Assembly (NCBI GenBank): GCA_040437565.1
Contig: JBDOQK010000008.1
Coordinates: 186,001-250,000, forward strand
Length of the DNA: 64,000 bases
Direction of reading: 5' to 3'
Source of the DNA: Albugo candida
Lineage: Eukaryota
Shown: positions 12,858 through 24,601 of the stretch, piece by piece
Layout of the letters: the number at the start of each line of letters is the position of its first letter
Numbering within the stretch: position 1 is the stretch's first letter
Made by a program: the position numbers and the translations under genes
The notes under the pieces: model-generated
Seen by the model: only the letters and a program-made list of their open reading frames with translations
Told to the model about the DNA's origin: nothing
Database searches by the model: none

Positions 12858-14022
12858 TTAAGGATTTATTGGAAAGCGGTCTCGATCATGTTTGGTGTTA
12901 TAATCGACTTGTTGTCCGATCGGTATAATTCCAGAAGGATTAAAGTTTCGCAGATTCACAAATGCTGCTCTGATATGTCGCATATCGACAGACTTTTGTA
13001 TGGCAGGAATCTGGTATAGATCGCGAATATACTACCGCATGATGTGAATAATGACTCGAGACTGATACGATGAAACTCACATTGCGTAAATTTGGGTAAT
13101 CTTCGATTCGTCGTCGATTTGCCTTGAGCAAGTCGTAATACACCTGATCAAATCGAATCAAGAATACGAACAGAGATAGATCGGCTTCAGTGAGAAATGA
13201 TCCGCAAAGATAACTACGATAATAAATCAATCCTTGTTCACTGTAAATGAGTATGCGTACCGATGATGAGCCAAATGAGTTTCAAGATGATTCAAGCTTT
13301 TGTACAAATCGAGAACAGCGGCTTCGTAGACTTGCTGGGTGAACGCTTTTGATAGTCGAACTATGTTCTCTGTGATCTCGTTATCGATCCAAGCGAGCAT
13401 TTTATCAACATGATCGCGTACTTCTCCCGGGTATAAATCGATTGACGAATCAGTTACAAGTGCATCAAAGGCATAATTGAGCATCCGAACGATATCCCCC
13501 GAATCATTGCTTACTATCTGCCGTGTTTTTTTATCCCACAAAACAGGAACAGAGTAGGGAAGCACTCCTTCAAAACATATTTCGTATAGATCGCGTATAG
13601 AATCGGCTTTATTCACTGGATCAGTCGTTGCTCCTGCGGTGGGATATGATCCGATCCCGTTCGGCTCTGGGAGCATCGGGGTCTTTTCTGGATCGACGAA
13701 CACCCACCCTATATGCTCATCCGCAGGATCATTTGGGCGTGTTCGTTGTAAGACGCAATGAGTTATGCTAACTCCAATAAAGTCTTCCAGCCTCTTCAAC
13801 TTAAGAGCCATGAGGGCTTTACAGGAGAAGGGAGAAGCCAAGGATACGTATAAATGGTATCTCCCTCTTTCTAAACATGCAGAGACTCGTGTTTTTGATC
13901 AACAAGTCAAGAGAATGGAGAGTACCGGCTGTGAAAGGTGCATCTTGTGCTCCGGATGGCTGGATCCAATTACGGAGTTGTGCCGCATCATGAAGGCGAT
14001 TTTTATTTGGCTCGGAGCGCAT
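12858..14022 (-). CDS. Glutathionyl-hydroquinone reductase (GST Xi/ECM4/YqjG family)-like protein, degenerate active site
   Basis: Spliced LRNWI...FTAERGRYHLYVSLASPFS, then DPVN...IRDLY, SVPVLWDKKT..IVSN, LTEADL.LF..LIRFD.VY and NPSGIIPIG. Confidence 0.88.
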
Positions 14023-14556
14023 GGTATTTGCAAGTAGTCGTATGAGCAGTAAATAGCTTGTCGCAGCATCTCAACTGTGACAAGCGGCACCCATGTTTAG
14101 GCGCACACCGAAAGCACAGGCCTGTAGAAAGATTGAAAATACAAACGGTGGTATTTATCGTTATAGTAAGTACAGGTGTATTCTCGACGACATTCCCGAT
14201 TCGATCTATGAGAATTAGGCGCACAGAATGCGATGTCTAATGTCTTTCGTATCTTAAAACTTGGGTGTTTGAGAGTCGCCGGCTAACGTTAGAAATGACA
14301 TAACGGATAAAAATTCAGTAAAAATTTGGGAGAAGCTTACAATTTGCACTACGATCTAAAAAGCACCTGCTGTAGTGAGCCTTTTTCGACACAATCAATT
14401 TTCATAGGACTTCAATGGAATAAATGTCCAAACGGTAGTCAACAAAACGTAACAGTTCCCGTTCATTAATCGATTAAACATAACAATCCGATCTGATTTA
14501 ATGTACGAACATAACGATATATAATACATATAGAGAGTAATATCAAATTCTATAGT

Positions 14557-17500
14557 ATGCAGACGATGTCGGCATCTTCTCATACATTCGTACGATCCGT
14601 CAAAGCAAAAGACGTTTGTTTTGATCTCGTTGATCCGATTCTGACCGAGATCAAGGGTCAAAGCAGCCCCAAAAATGTAGTGGATGGATGCTCGGAAGCT
14701 CCCAAATTGAGTCTTCAATGCTACTCGGAACATCATAGACACCAAGGTCGTCGACGATGGTTCATTGCAGAATTTACAGCTCCACAAGAAAGTCGGAATA
14801 CCCTTAAAGTGGTCGGAATGGGCTGGAATTCTCTTCAAATGGAAATTAGTCAATGGCCAAAGTCTCTTTTTGCACCGAATACACTCTGCTATGGATTTTA
14901 TCGAATGGATATTCCACAAGAAGGATTAGTGGACGCATGTTTCCCACCTTGTTTCGTGTCATTCTGCTGGAAGGGAAGGTCGTTGCCGATTTACTTGCGG
15001 ACAAAATATACCGAATATCATCAAGTGATACGAGTAAACATTCAAAGTAGTTATATCTGTAGGCTGCCGACTAAATGTGGTGAAAATAACATTTGTTGCT
15101 ATGCATATGTTATCATCCGCAAAAAAGAAGCATTTTGGGGCCTCTATTCATGTCAACCTGCAGCATTCAGATGATTTGAAGTGAGACCGCGACTTTATTT
15201 CCATGCAGGCTTCTATGCATATACTCACGTTTTGTTATGTAGGGATACAACGTTGATGAGACAAATCCCGCGAAGTCGACACAGAAGAGCAGGATCAAGA
15301 CGTTTCATTTCCAAGGAGATCGATGTCGACACAAAAGTGAAAGAAGCCATTGCAGACATTCGATCGGACTCCACGCAGTATAATTGGGTCGTCTGCGGGT
15401 ACCATGCAGATTTAGAAGATAAAAGAACATCTCAACAACTCATTCTGGTCGATAAAGGCATGGTAGGAGTCAGATAAAATTCTAGACTACGATTTCGTTA
15501 TTTACTGGTTGTGCGTAGAAAGGATGCTCCTCATTCATCGGATTGGATGGGATCAGCGCGATATTGAAGGAGGATGAAACTATGTATGTTTATTTACGAG
15601 TAGATATTCCCTTACATCGCGGGAACCATCGCATCGTTTCCAAATATGTTCTTATTACCTGGTTGACCGACAGTGGAATTGATCCTACCCATTCCGATGA
15701 AGAATCTCTTTTACCACGTTTTGGAATCTGTCGTTCTTTTTCCAATTTCGATGAATCAGCTCCGTCAAGTCCGAGTACTCCCGGATCGCGTACTGAGCTA
15801 CCAGTTCCCGCTCCTTCAACACCGAGTTCAAAATTACAAAGAGTAGCTGCAGCCCATGTACACGGAGGCGAGATTTATAGAGTCTTTCCTCACCATGTAT
15901 GATCTCAGCCTACTGACTGACTGACACAAATGAACCAGAGAATGTATGTGTAGGTGCATTTTTTCGCAAGCACGCAGGCGGAAGTCACAGAAGAAGCAAT
16001 TAGAGAACGTGTCCGAAGAGCGGTCGATAACGATTGTATGNNNNNNNNNNNNNNNNNNNNNNNNNNNNNNNNNNNNNNNNNNNNNNNNNNNNNNNNNNNN
16101 NNNNNNNNNNNNNNNNNNNNNNNNNNNNNNNNNNNNNNNNGCATCTTCTCATACATTCGTACGATCCGTCAAAGCAAAAGACGTTTGTTTTGATCTCGTT
16201 GATCCGATTCTGACCGAGATCAAGGGTCAAAGCAGCCCCAAAAATGTAGTGGATGGATGCTCGGAAGCTCCCAAATTGAGTCTTCAATGCTACTCGGAAC
16301 ATCATAGACACCAAGGTCGTCGACGATGGTTCATTGCAGAATTTACAGCTCCACAAGAAAGTCGGAATACCCTTAAAGTGGTCGGAATGGGCTGGAATTC
16401 TCTTCAAATGGAAATTAGTCAATGGCCAAAGTCTCTTTTTGCACCGAATACACTCTGCTATGGATTTTATCGAATGGATATTCCACAAGAAGGATTAGTG
16501 GACGCATGTTTCCCACCTTGTTTCGTGTCATTCTGCTGGAAGGGAAGGTCGTTGCCGATTTACTTGCGGACAAAATATACCGAATATCATCAAGTGATAC
16601 GAGTAAACATTCAAAGTAGTTATATCTGTAGGCTGCCGACTAAATGTGGTGAAAATAACATTTGTTGCTATGCATATGTTATCATCCGCAAAAAAGAAGC
16701 ATTTTGGGGCCTCTATTCATGTCAACCTGCAGCATTCAGATGATTTGAAGTGAGACCGCGACTTTATTTCCATGCAGGCTTCTATGCATATACTCACGTT
16801 TTGTTATGTAGGGATACAACGTTGATGAGACAAATCCCGCGAAGTCGACACAGAAGAGCAGGATCAAGACGTTTCATTTCCAAGGAGATCGATGTCGACA
16901 CAAAAGTGAAAGAAGCCATTGCAGACATTCGATCGGACTCCACGCAGTATAATTGGGTCGTCTGCGGGTACCATGCAGATTTAGAAGATAAAAGAACATC
17001 TCAACAACTCATTCTGGTCGATAAAGGCATGGTAGGAGTCAGATAAAATTCTAGACTACGATTTCGTTATTTACTGGTTGTGCGTAGAAAGGATGCTCCT
17101 CATTCATCGGATTGGATGGGATCAGCGCGATATTGAAGGAGGATGAAACTATGTATGTTTATTTACGAGTAGATATTCCCTTACATCGCGGGAACCATCG
17201 CATCGTTTCCAAATATGTTCTTATTACCTGGTTGACCGACAGTGGAATTGATCCTACCCATTCCGATGAAGAATCTCTTTTACCACGTTTTGGAATCTGT
17301 CGTTCTTTTTCCAATTTCGATGAATCAGCTCCGTCAAGTCCGAGTACTCCCGGATCGCGTACTGAGCTACCAGTTCCCGCTCCTTCAACACCGAGTTCAA
17401 AATTACAAAGAGTAGCTGCAGCCCATGTACACGGAGGCGAGATTTATAGAGTCTTTCCTCACCATGTATGATCTCAGCCTACTGACTGACTGACACAAAT

Positions 17501-19740
17501 GAACCAGAGAATGTATGTGTAGGTGCATTTTTTCGCAAGCACACAGGCGGAAGTCACAGAAGAAGCAATTAGAGAACGTGTCCGAAGAGCGGTCGATAAC
17601 GATTGTATGTTATTTCGAGTGGTAAGAGCCGTGATAGATTGCAGACTTTGCGACACTAGGATTGTGGCTGAACATATCTTCTCCAGGTGTGTGTTCAGGT
17701 GACCGGAGATGCTCAACCTTCCATCTGTGTGGAAGTACCGTTCGACGCAACATTGGGTGTGCTACAGAAAGAAATTGCACAACATGTGGGAATTCCAGAA
17801 ACTCTCCAGCGTATACTTTGGATCAAACAGACAGAGAATTTTGAAGTTGGTGAGAAGTAAAGATTTGAGCAAATCTCCAAATGTCTGACTTCTTTTCCTT
17901 ACGGTGAAGACGCTATTAGGAACTCCAAGGCAGTATTTCTTGAAGACTCACAGGCGCTATTGAGAAAAGACCTAGGCTTGAATCATGGAGACAAAATTCA
18001 CGTCGATCAACACAGCAATGGTGTCAATAAAGGACTAGCAAAGCTTGCACAACAGGTACAGAATCTTATATCTTCGCAGATACTTCAAAATCATGTCCTG
18101 ACTTGGTTACTTCTAAAGATCAACTCTGGCTCCCTCATTGTCAGTCTCTCAGCTGAGCGCCGACATGAAGTGCAGCGAGGGGTAGAAGCCCGTGAAGCAG
18201 AGCTGAAGAAGATTCTATCGGTCACACACGCACTTATTCGACATCGCAAAAATAAGCGTCAGACCGAAAATGAATCCAGTCAACGTAAATACCGAAGTGA
18301 TTCAGTGGGCTCCGTCATCTCAACATATCAAGATCGTGAATCTTTGAGTTTACCTGACGATGCAACAAACGTTGCTGAAGACTGCGGCTCATATACTAGG
18401 CGGAGAAGCTCCACTACCGAAGATATACAATTTGTATCAGATCTGAAAGCTCAAGCTCGCAAACTTGAATGTCAGAATGAGTACTTGGATATCCCGTACG
18501 ACAGCATTCGTATTCTCGGGGGTAAAGAAAATGAGCTTGGACTTGGTAAAGCCGCCACTGTCTACAGAGGTGTCTGGATGAATTCAAACGGAGCTGCAGA
18601 GGTAAGACTTTGCTGTATCCAATGAGACAACTTTGCTATGATGCATGAAACTTGCTCAGGTCGCTATCAAACTCTTCCGATACGTTCGCCTCACAGATAA
18701 GATTCTTGGAGACTATACACAAGAAGTAGCGCTTTTGCGAAAATTGAAGCATCCCAACATTGTTTTGTTTATCGGGGCCTGTACACATCCTAAACTCATG
18801 ATTTTGACAGAATATTGCTCACGGAAGAGGTATTGTTGTATGCCCTGCGAGTCATTCAAGTCACTGACGCCTTGTGCCACTATATAGCTTGTATGAAGTT
18901 ATCCACAACGGTAATTTTGAAAGCATACCGTGGAAGGTTAGTGATCTCTGGTGGCATTCACTCGTACATAAAATCATTCTTTGTCACCTTCAAGTACAAA
19001 GTGCGGATGATGCTCGACGCAGCACGTGGAATCCAGTATTTGCATTCACGTCGGATTATGCATCGCGATATCAAAGTTCTGTCTTTTATTCTTTGCATCC
19101 TACCTCCAAGACTGATATTCTGTTCTCATCGTAGTCGCACAATTTTCTCGTCGATGATGATTGGAGAGTGAAAGTGGCCGACTTCGGGATCAGTAAAGTC
19201 TTGGAGAATGATGGCAATGCATTTACGCAGTGTGGGACAACAGGCTGGTACGTCGTGTCCACGAAGTGCTGTTGGCAACATACATAATAATGCGAATAGG
19301 ATCGCCCCCGAGGTCTTGTTAGATGAAGAATTGGGATATACCTTCAAAGCGGATAACTGGAGGTAATCTCTGTAATTTGTCATCATACGGTAGTACATCA
19401 ATTTGACTCATTTGGTAGCTTTGCAATCGTTATGTGGGAGATGGTGGCGGGCTTGAACAATTCTAATCCATTCATTGGAATGGCTCCAATCAAGTTTTAC
19501 AATCAGACTGTGAACAGCGGCATACGTCCTCATATTCCAGGAGCAGTAGATCCCGATTACGCGCAGCTGGTCTGCGATTGTTGGCGCTCTGTTCCAGCAG
19601 ATCGTCCGTCTATCACCCTGATTGTGTCCGAGTTGGAAAAACTGGTCATCAAAATGGGTGTGAGCACAGATCTGCCACCGGCTTTTCAAGAAGGTTACCA
19701 TGCTGCAAGGGCGGAATTAGAAGCACAAGAAAAATTTTGA
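14557..19740 (+). CDS. Tyrosine-kinase-like Ser/Thr kinase with two N-terminal ADF-H (coactosin-like) domains and a ubiquitin-like segment; 14572-16040 artefactually duplicated
   Basis: Kinase motifs LGLGKAATVYRG, VAIK, HPNIVLFIG, HRDIK|SHN, DFG and W|IAPE. ADF-H pattern EAIADIRSD..YNWVVCGY...YVYLRV...KYVLITW. Confidence 0.85.
14572..17609. repeat. 1469-nt direct duplication (14572-16040 = 16141-17609) flanking a 100-N gap
   Basis: Identical ORFs recur at offset 1569. I saw only one substitution (ACG/ACA, synonymous). Confidence 0.95.
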
Positions 19741-19891
19741 TGTCATCGACGGCAAATGTACAAAAAGTTGATCGTACTTATTAAGAATCTGCAGATTGTA
19801 GCCTGCAGTAATCAAACGTTGCACTATTCTACTTTGTATATCTTCCAAGGAAAAGCGAGCATCTTTGAAAATGACTGTATGTGAGATGCAG

Positions 19892-20167
19892 TCAAGCAGT
19901 TGCAAAGATAACGATTGCCATTTGACCAATGTAAAAGTACAGAAATTTGGACTGCTCGTGCGTGACGGAACAAGCGACATTTCTACCCAAACAGCAGTGC
20001 CACAGCATGCCGTAGTACTTTTGTTCGAAATGATGCTTGATCCTAACAGCAATTTGCTGCTCGCCCACGCATGAATCAATTGCATTCTGTGTCACTAGGA
20101 TGACTTCATCTTGTAGTTCAGGATCCATCGTCGACGTTTTCACAACAGGTTTCACTACGTTGCGCAT
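19892..20167 (-). CDS. Dynein light chain type 1 (LC8 family), divergent
   Basis: 91 aa: VKTSTMDPELQ...IA..IKHHFEQKY...WHCCLGRN..CSVTHE..FLYFYIG..AIVIF. Confidence 0.92.
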   Translation of the reverse strand: MRNVVKPVVKTSTMDPELQDEVILVTQNAIDSCVGEQQIAVRIKHHFEQKYYGMLWHCCLGRNVACSVTHEQSKFLYFYIGQMAIVIFATA

Positions 20168-20257
20168 TGTCTTGGTCGGTCACAGCTCTACAAAGCTTCG
20201 CCTCTTCAATACTTCGCCAGGCATCTATTTTTACTAAGAGCTTGGATCTCTTCAAAT

Positions 20258-22315
20258 ATGAACGACATGAACATTAATGCTACAAGCAAATTCGAGCAGT
20301 GCCGTGATATCTCTCAGGCTCTACTTTCTATACAAAATGCTAGTATCGTGACGCCCAAACGATCTAATTCGTATCTAAAGCAAGCTGAAATATACATGCA
20401 AATGTGCGACTACCCTTCCGCCATAATATCCTATCGCCAGTACTTCTCTACTAGTCGATCCCATTCTCGGGAGGTTGCACATCAATTTGCAAATTTGTTG
20501 AATCTTTATGGTTTCGAATTACTTCGACATAGCCAGCAACGTATCATTGGTACTATTGACGACCGACAGGTCCAAACTTTTCTGATCGAAGCAGTTTTAT
20601 GTGATCGAGCACTCTCAGACTGTGAAGGCGATTCCGATTCAACACTATTAACGGCCGTCAACTATTTTACAGAATCGATTGATTTGAGCAGTGCCGCACA
20701 GACGTATTTACGTCGCGGACTTGCATACTGTGTGCTGAAAGATTATGATAAAGCACTGCAGGATATCGATCATTGCATCCTGTTGAATAATGAAAATGTG
20801 AGCTTCCACAAGTTACGCGAGAGAATATCAAAAAAATTGGAGGGTAAGCCCTCTCCAAGTAGAATCAGTGCGTCAACGACGAGCCCGGGAGATGCTCGCA
20901 TTCCTAATCATCAGGACGGTATTGCACTCGAAAAAAAGCGGCTAGAAGCACAGGCAACAACATGCATACTCTTAGAGCAATTTGAAGAGGCCGTAGAAAT
21001 ACTCGGTAGAACGATATTGCTGACTTCGACAGACCCAATGATATACAAACAACGCTCTATCGCGTATCAGAAACTAGGAAAGAATGTTGAAGCACTCCAG
21101 GATGCTGAGTGTGCATTGAGACTTGCAAAGGAGACAGAGAAAAACGACGAGAATGTAGATGAAGAGAGATCGAACGACATCATCAAAGAGCTAGAGCACC
21201 TACGAATCCATCTGTTGGATGATGTGGTGCAAGAGTTGCTGGCACGTAAAAAATATCAGTCAGCTCTTGATACTCTTAACAAATGTATTACTCACGATCG
21301 ATATCTCGCATCGAAGAGATCCGAGGAAAAAGTGCAGCGATCGAAATTCTACATTCAACGCGGCGATGCGTATCAAGGTCTAGGAAATCTGCAGCCCGTA
21401 AGTGACATCACTCTACGATATGTGTAGCTGAAACTTTCGAAGGCCTTAGCGGACTATCGGAAAGCAAATGAAATCACTCCTGAATCAAGAGAAATAAAGT
21501 CTAGAACAGCGTTCATACATTACAATTTTGGCATTGACTTATTCAATAAAGCCCGTTTCGAAGAAGCTGAACTAGAGTTTGATAGAGCGATCAAGATGGA
21601 CCCTTTTGTGGGAGCGTACCATTNNNNNNNNNNNNNNNNNNNNNNNNNNNNNNNNNNNNNNNNNNNNNNNNNNNNNNNNNNNNNNNNNNNNNNNNNNNNN
21701 NNNNNNNNNNNNNNNNNNNNNNNCTAGGAAATCTGCAGCCCGTAAGTGACATCACTCTACGATATGTGTAGCTGAAACTTTCGAAGGCCTTAGCGGACTA
21801 TCGGAAAGCAAATGAAATCACTCCTGAATCAAGAGAAATAAAGTCTAGAACAGCGTTCATACATTACAATTTTGGCATTGACTTATTCAATAAAGCCCGT
21901 TTCGAAGAAGCTGAACTAGAGTTTGATAGAGCGATCAAGATGGACCCTTTTGTGGGAGCGTACCATTCGAGGAAAGGTGATGCCGCTCGATTCATGCAGA
22001 AACATTTCGAAGCTTTCGAAAATTACCGAGAAGCTTTGCGTTTGAACCCGACAGATAAAGAATGTATTGTAAGTAGCCATATAGCTCTTGGGATAGACGA
22101 CAGCCAGGCTGATTTTCGTTTAGGATAAAATTCAGCCGTATATGATGGCCAGTAACGGCACAATTAGTGCGAAGAAAAAACACGCTCCGGAAGTGAAGAA
22201 TCAACAATGGATGCAGCAAAAGGTCACATCAAAATCAAGTGAACATCTCGCAATTCGTCAGAATCATAGAACAGTAAGATCAACGCCGCTGAACGTCGTC
22301 AAGAGACCACTTTAG
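20258..22315 (+). CDS. Multi-TPR repeat protein (possibly ciliary); interrupted by a gap duplication
   Basis: Repeated TPR patterns (YLRRGLAYCVLKDYDKALQD; YKQRSIAYQKLG...ALQD; YIQRGDAYQGLG...ALADY). Two GT-AG introns; stop at 22313-22315. Confidence 0.85.
21380..21967. repeat. 244-nt direct duplication (21380-21623 = 21724-21967) flanking a 100-N gap
   Basis: Same sequence on both sides of the gap, offset 344. Confidence 0.95.
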
Positions 22316-22374
22316 AAAACTCTGTTCTCAGTCTACGCATATGTTCAATGTCTACTTCATATATTTACATGTGG

Positions 22375-22992
22375 CTAAATGTCTCTGTACGTCAGCTCAT
22401 AGAACGGTATATGTGACTTTTCAATGGGGCAGGAGATGATAACTTTGCCTCGATTCGCACCACGATAGATCACCTAGAGTACAACAATCGATCGGTCAGC
22501 TCTAGGCGTAGACAAGCTTCAATTTTGCTTGCCTCTACGAGATCAATGCAGTCTTGTCTTGTAAAAAAAGCACCGATAAATTTCGAATGGTCCGGTGTTC
22601 TGGAAAAGTTTGTCAGCAACGTAACGATGCTCAGCATTTTGGCATATTACCCATAGTCAACTTTGATGTGTTGTCCATTAAAAAAGAAAATGGTAGCTGG
22701 AATTAACGATATGTCAAAGTACTGGCAATATATAGGAACACTTTCTGCCTCGACTGTGTATATATCAGCCATGCGAGACAGCTCAACTTCGCACTTGAAC
22801 AGCTTACAGCATCAACAGTCATAGATATTGTTCCACTCGAATAGCAAGCTAGCTTACAATCTCATCCATCTGCATGCATACAATGTCACCGCTACGTCCG
22901 AAGCGCATGACAACAACTTTTTGCTTCGTATTACGGATTACTTCGTCAATAGCTACTTTCGTTTCTAGTTTTTTCAGAAACAACGAAGCCAT
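22375..22992 (-). CDS. TXNL4B: Thioredoxin-like protein 4B (DIM2), 4 exons
   Basis: Spliced [20 protein letters not shown]...VVMRFGR...|...[61 protein letters not shown]...YRDI*. The VDYG-PDH-KF motif fits DIM2 rather than DIM1. Confidence 0.9.
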
Positions 22993-23041
22993 TGCTGTAC
23001 TCACGACCAGCCAAATGACCGTTGTACACAGGATATAAGAT

Positions 23042-23659
23042 TTATGAAACACGTCTTTGTCGCTTATATATCTCATGGAGCTGACTGTAGTAGGCTGTCA
23101 ATTCCTCGATCTTTTTGTTCACTGGAAGATCGAAGACAGCAATGGATAAATTATAATGTATCGGTTGATCTTCCGATGCCCCGTAAACGCCAATATGTAA
23201 GGGGATCATCGATGAATGCTTATGATTAGCAGCTCTTGGAAATCCGTCCAAAAAAGTAAACAATCGTACGTGATCGTCTCCGGGGTGCTGTGCAATCCAA
23301 TGAGCATGACCTTTTCGTGGACAAGCTTCGTCTTCGCTTGTCATGTACAAATTCGCATCCCCTTGATCAAAGCAAGTGAGGTTGACTTCGACACGATGTT
23401 CATGCTTATGTCGATAAATAAATACATGATAATACTGATACATTTCCGAGCTCACAGTACCATTTACTGTGCTGTTAGCTCGCATATCCTTGCCGTACTC
23501 GAGTTCTACAGTGCCATCACTTGCAAGTAGAATTTCACTTGTTACTACGCAGTTTCTGGTGATAGCGTCGGGTCTTACAGAGGTAAAGATGGTGTGAAGC
23601 AAAGCAAATAAAAATGCACTTGTCCGAAGATTCCTCTCGGCGCGTTTCCAGAAGCTCAT
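23042..23659 (-). CDS. Putative secreted protein with PPC-like beta-sandwich domain
   Basis: Hydrophobic N-terminal leader, then the pattern NGTV....YQYY...VEVNL....GDANLY....P.......HIGVYG......YNLSI typical of PPC-like domains. Confidence 0.65.
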   Translation of the reverse strand: MSFWKRAERNLRTSAFLFALLHTIFTSVRPDAITRNCVVTSEILLASDGTVELEYGKDMRANSTVNGTVSSEMYQYYHVFIYRHKHEHRVEVNLTCFDQGDANLYMTSEDEACPRKGHAHWIAQHPGDDHVRLFTFLDGFPRAANHKHSSMIPLHIGVYGASEDQPIHYNLSIAVFDLPVNKKIEELTAYYSQLHEIYKRQRRVS

Positions 23660-24600
23660 TTTTTATCGTAATCGTACAGACGGACTCAAATATAAAAATA
23701 GCGCCGTGCATGAAAGCCTCAGATTGATTCCACGTTGCCACCTAGACCATGCTTGGTACCTATGAGGGCGTAAGCACAATCAACTTTATTGCTCACGGGT
23801 AAGCAATCATGCATTACTCAGACTATGTATGTCAAAAATCCTTTTGCTGTGTTTGTTGACCGTTAGACATTCGAGACAAAATTAGACTCTGTCTCATCCC
23901 AGGACTTGGACGCAAGCAGATTTTGAGTCAAGTANNNNNNNNNNNNNNNNNNNNNNNNNNNNNNNNNNNNNNNNNNNNNNNNNNNNNNNNNNNNNNNNNN
24001 NNNNNNNNNNNNNNNNNNNNNNNNNNNNNNNNNNAAAGCAAGTGAGGTTGACTTCGACACGATGTTCATGCTTATGTCGATAAATAAATACATGATAATA
24101 GTGATACATTTCCGAGCTCACAGTACCATTTACTGTGCTATTAGCTCGCATATCCTTGCCGTACTCGAGTTCTACAGTGCCATCACTTGCAAGTAGAATT
24201 TCACTTGTTACTACGCAGTTTCTGGTGATGGCGTCGGGTGTTACAGAGGCAAAGATGGTTTGAAGCAACGCAAATAAAAATGCCCTTGTCCGAAGATTCC
24301 TCTGCGTGCGTTTCCAGAAGCTCATTTGTTATCGTAATCGTACAGACGGACTCAAATATAAAAATAGCGCCGTGCATGAAAGCCTCAGATTGATTCCACG
24401 TTGCCACCTAGACCATGCTTGGTACCTATGAGGGTGTAAACACAATCAACTTTATTGCTCACGGGTAAGCAATCATGCACCACTCAGACTATGTATGTCA
24501 AAAATCCTTTTGCTGTGTTTGTTGACCGTTAGATATTCGAGACAAAATTAGACTCTGTCTCATCCCAGGACTTGGACGCAAGCAGATTTTGAGTCAAGTA
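23369..24600. repeat. 566-nt diverged direct duplication (23369-23934 vs 24035-24600) flanking a 100-N gap
   Basis: Offset 666; about 17 substitutions counted by eye. Confidence 0.93.
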
Positions 24601-24601
24601 G

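Noticed and set aside
13840..13847. U12-type donor GTATCCTT on the minus strand (also near 8841-8848)
   Set aside because: Both lie within open coding frames (YVSL; MEVSF), and no intron is needed there.
14572..17609. Four ADF-H domains or a tandem gene duplication
   Set aside because: Near-identical copies abut a gap, so two domains is the parsimonious count.
23042..23659. RXLR or CHXC/CCG effector
   Set aside because: RNLR lies before the hydrophobic leader rather than after it, and there is no EER or CxxC...G motif.
23733..23748. X-box-like GTTGCC motif
   Set aside because: Only a half-site, and RFX factors are not established in oomycetes.
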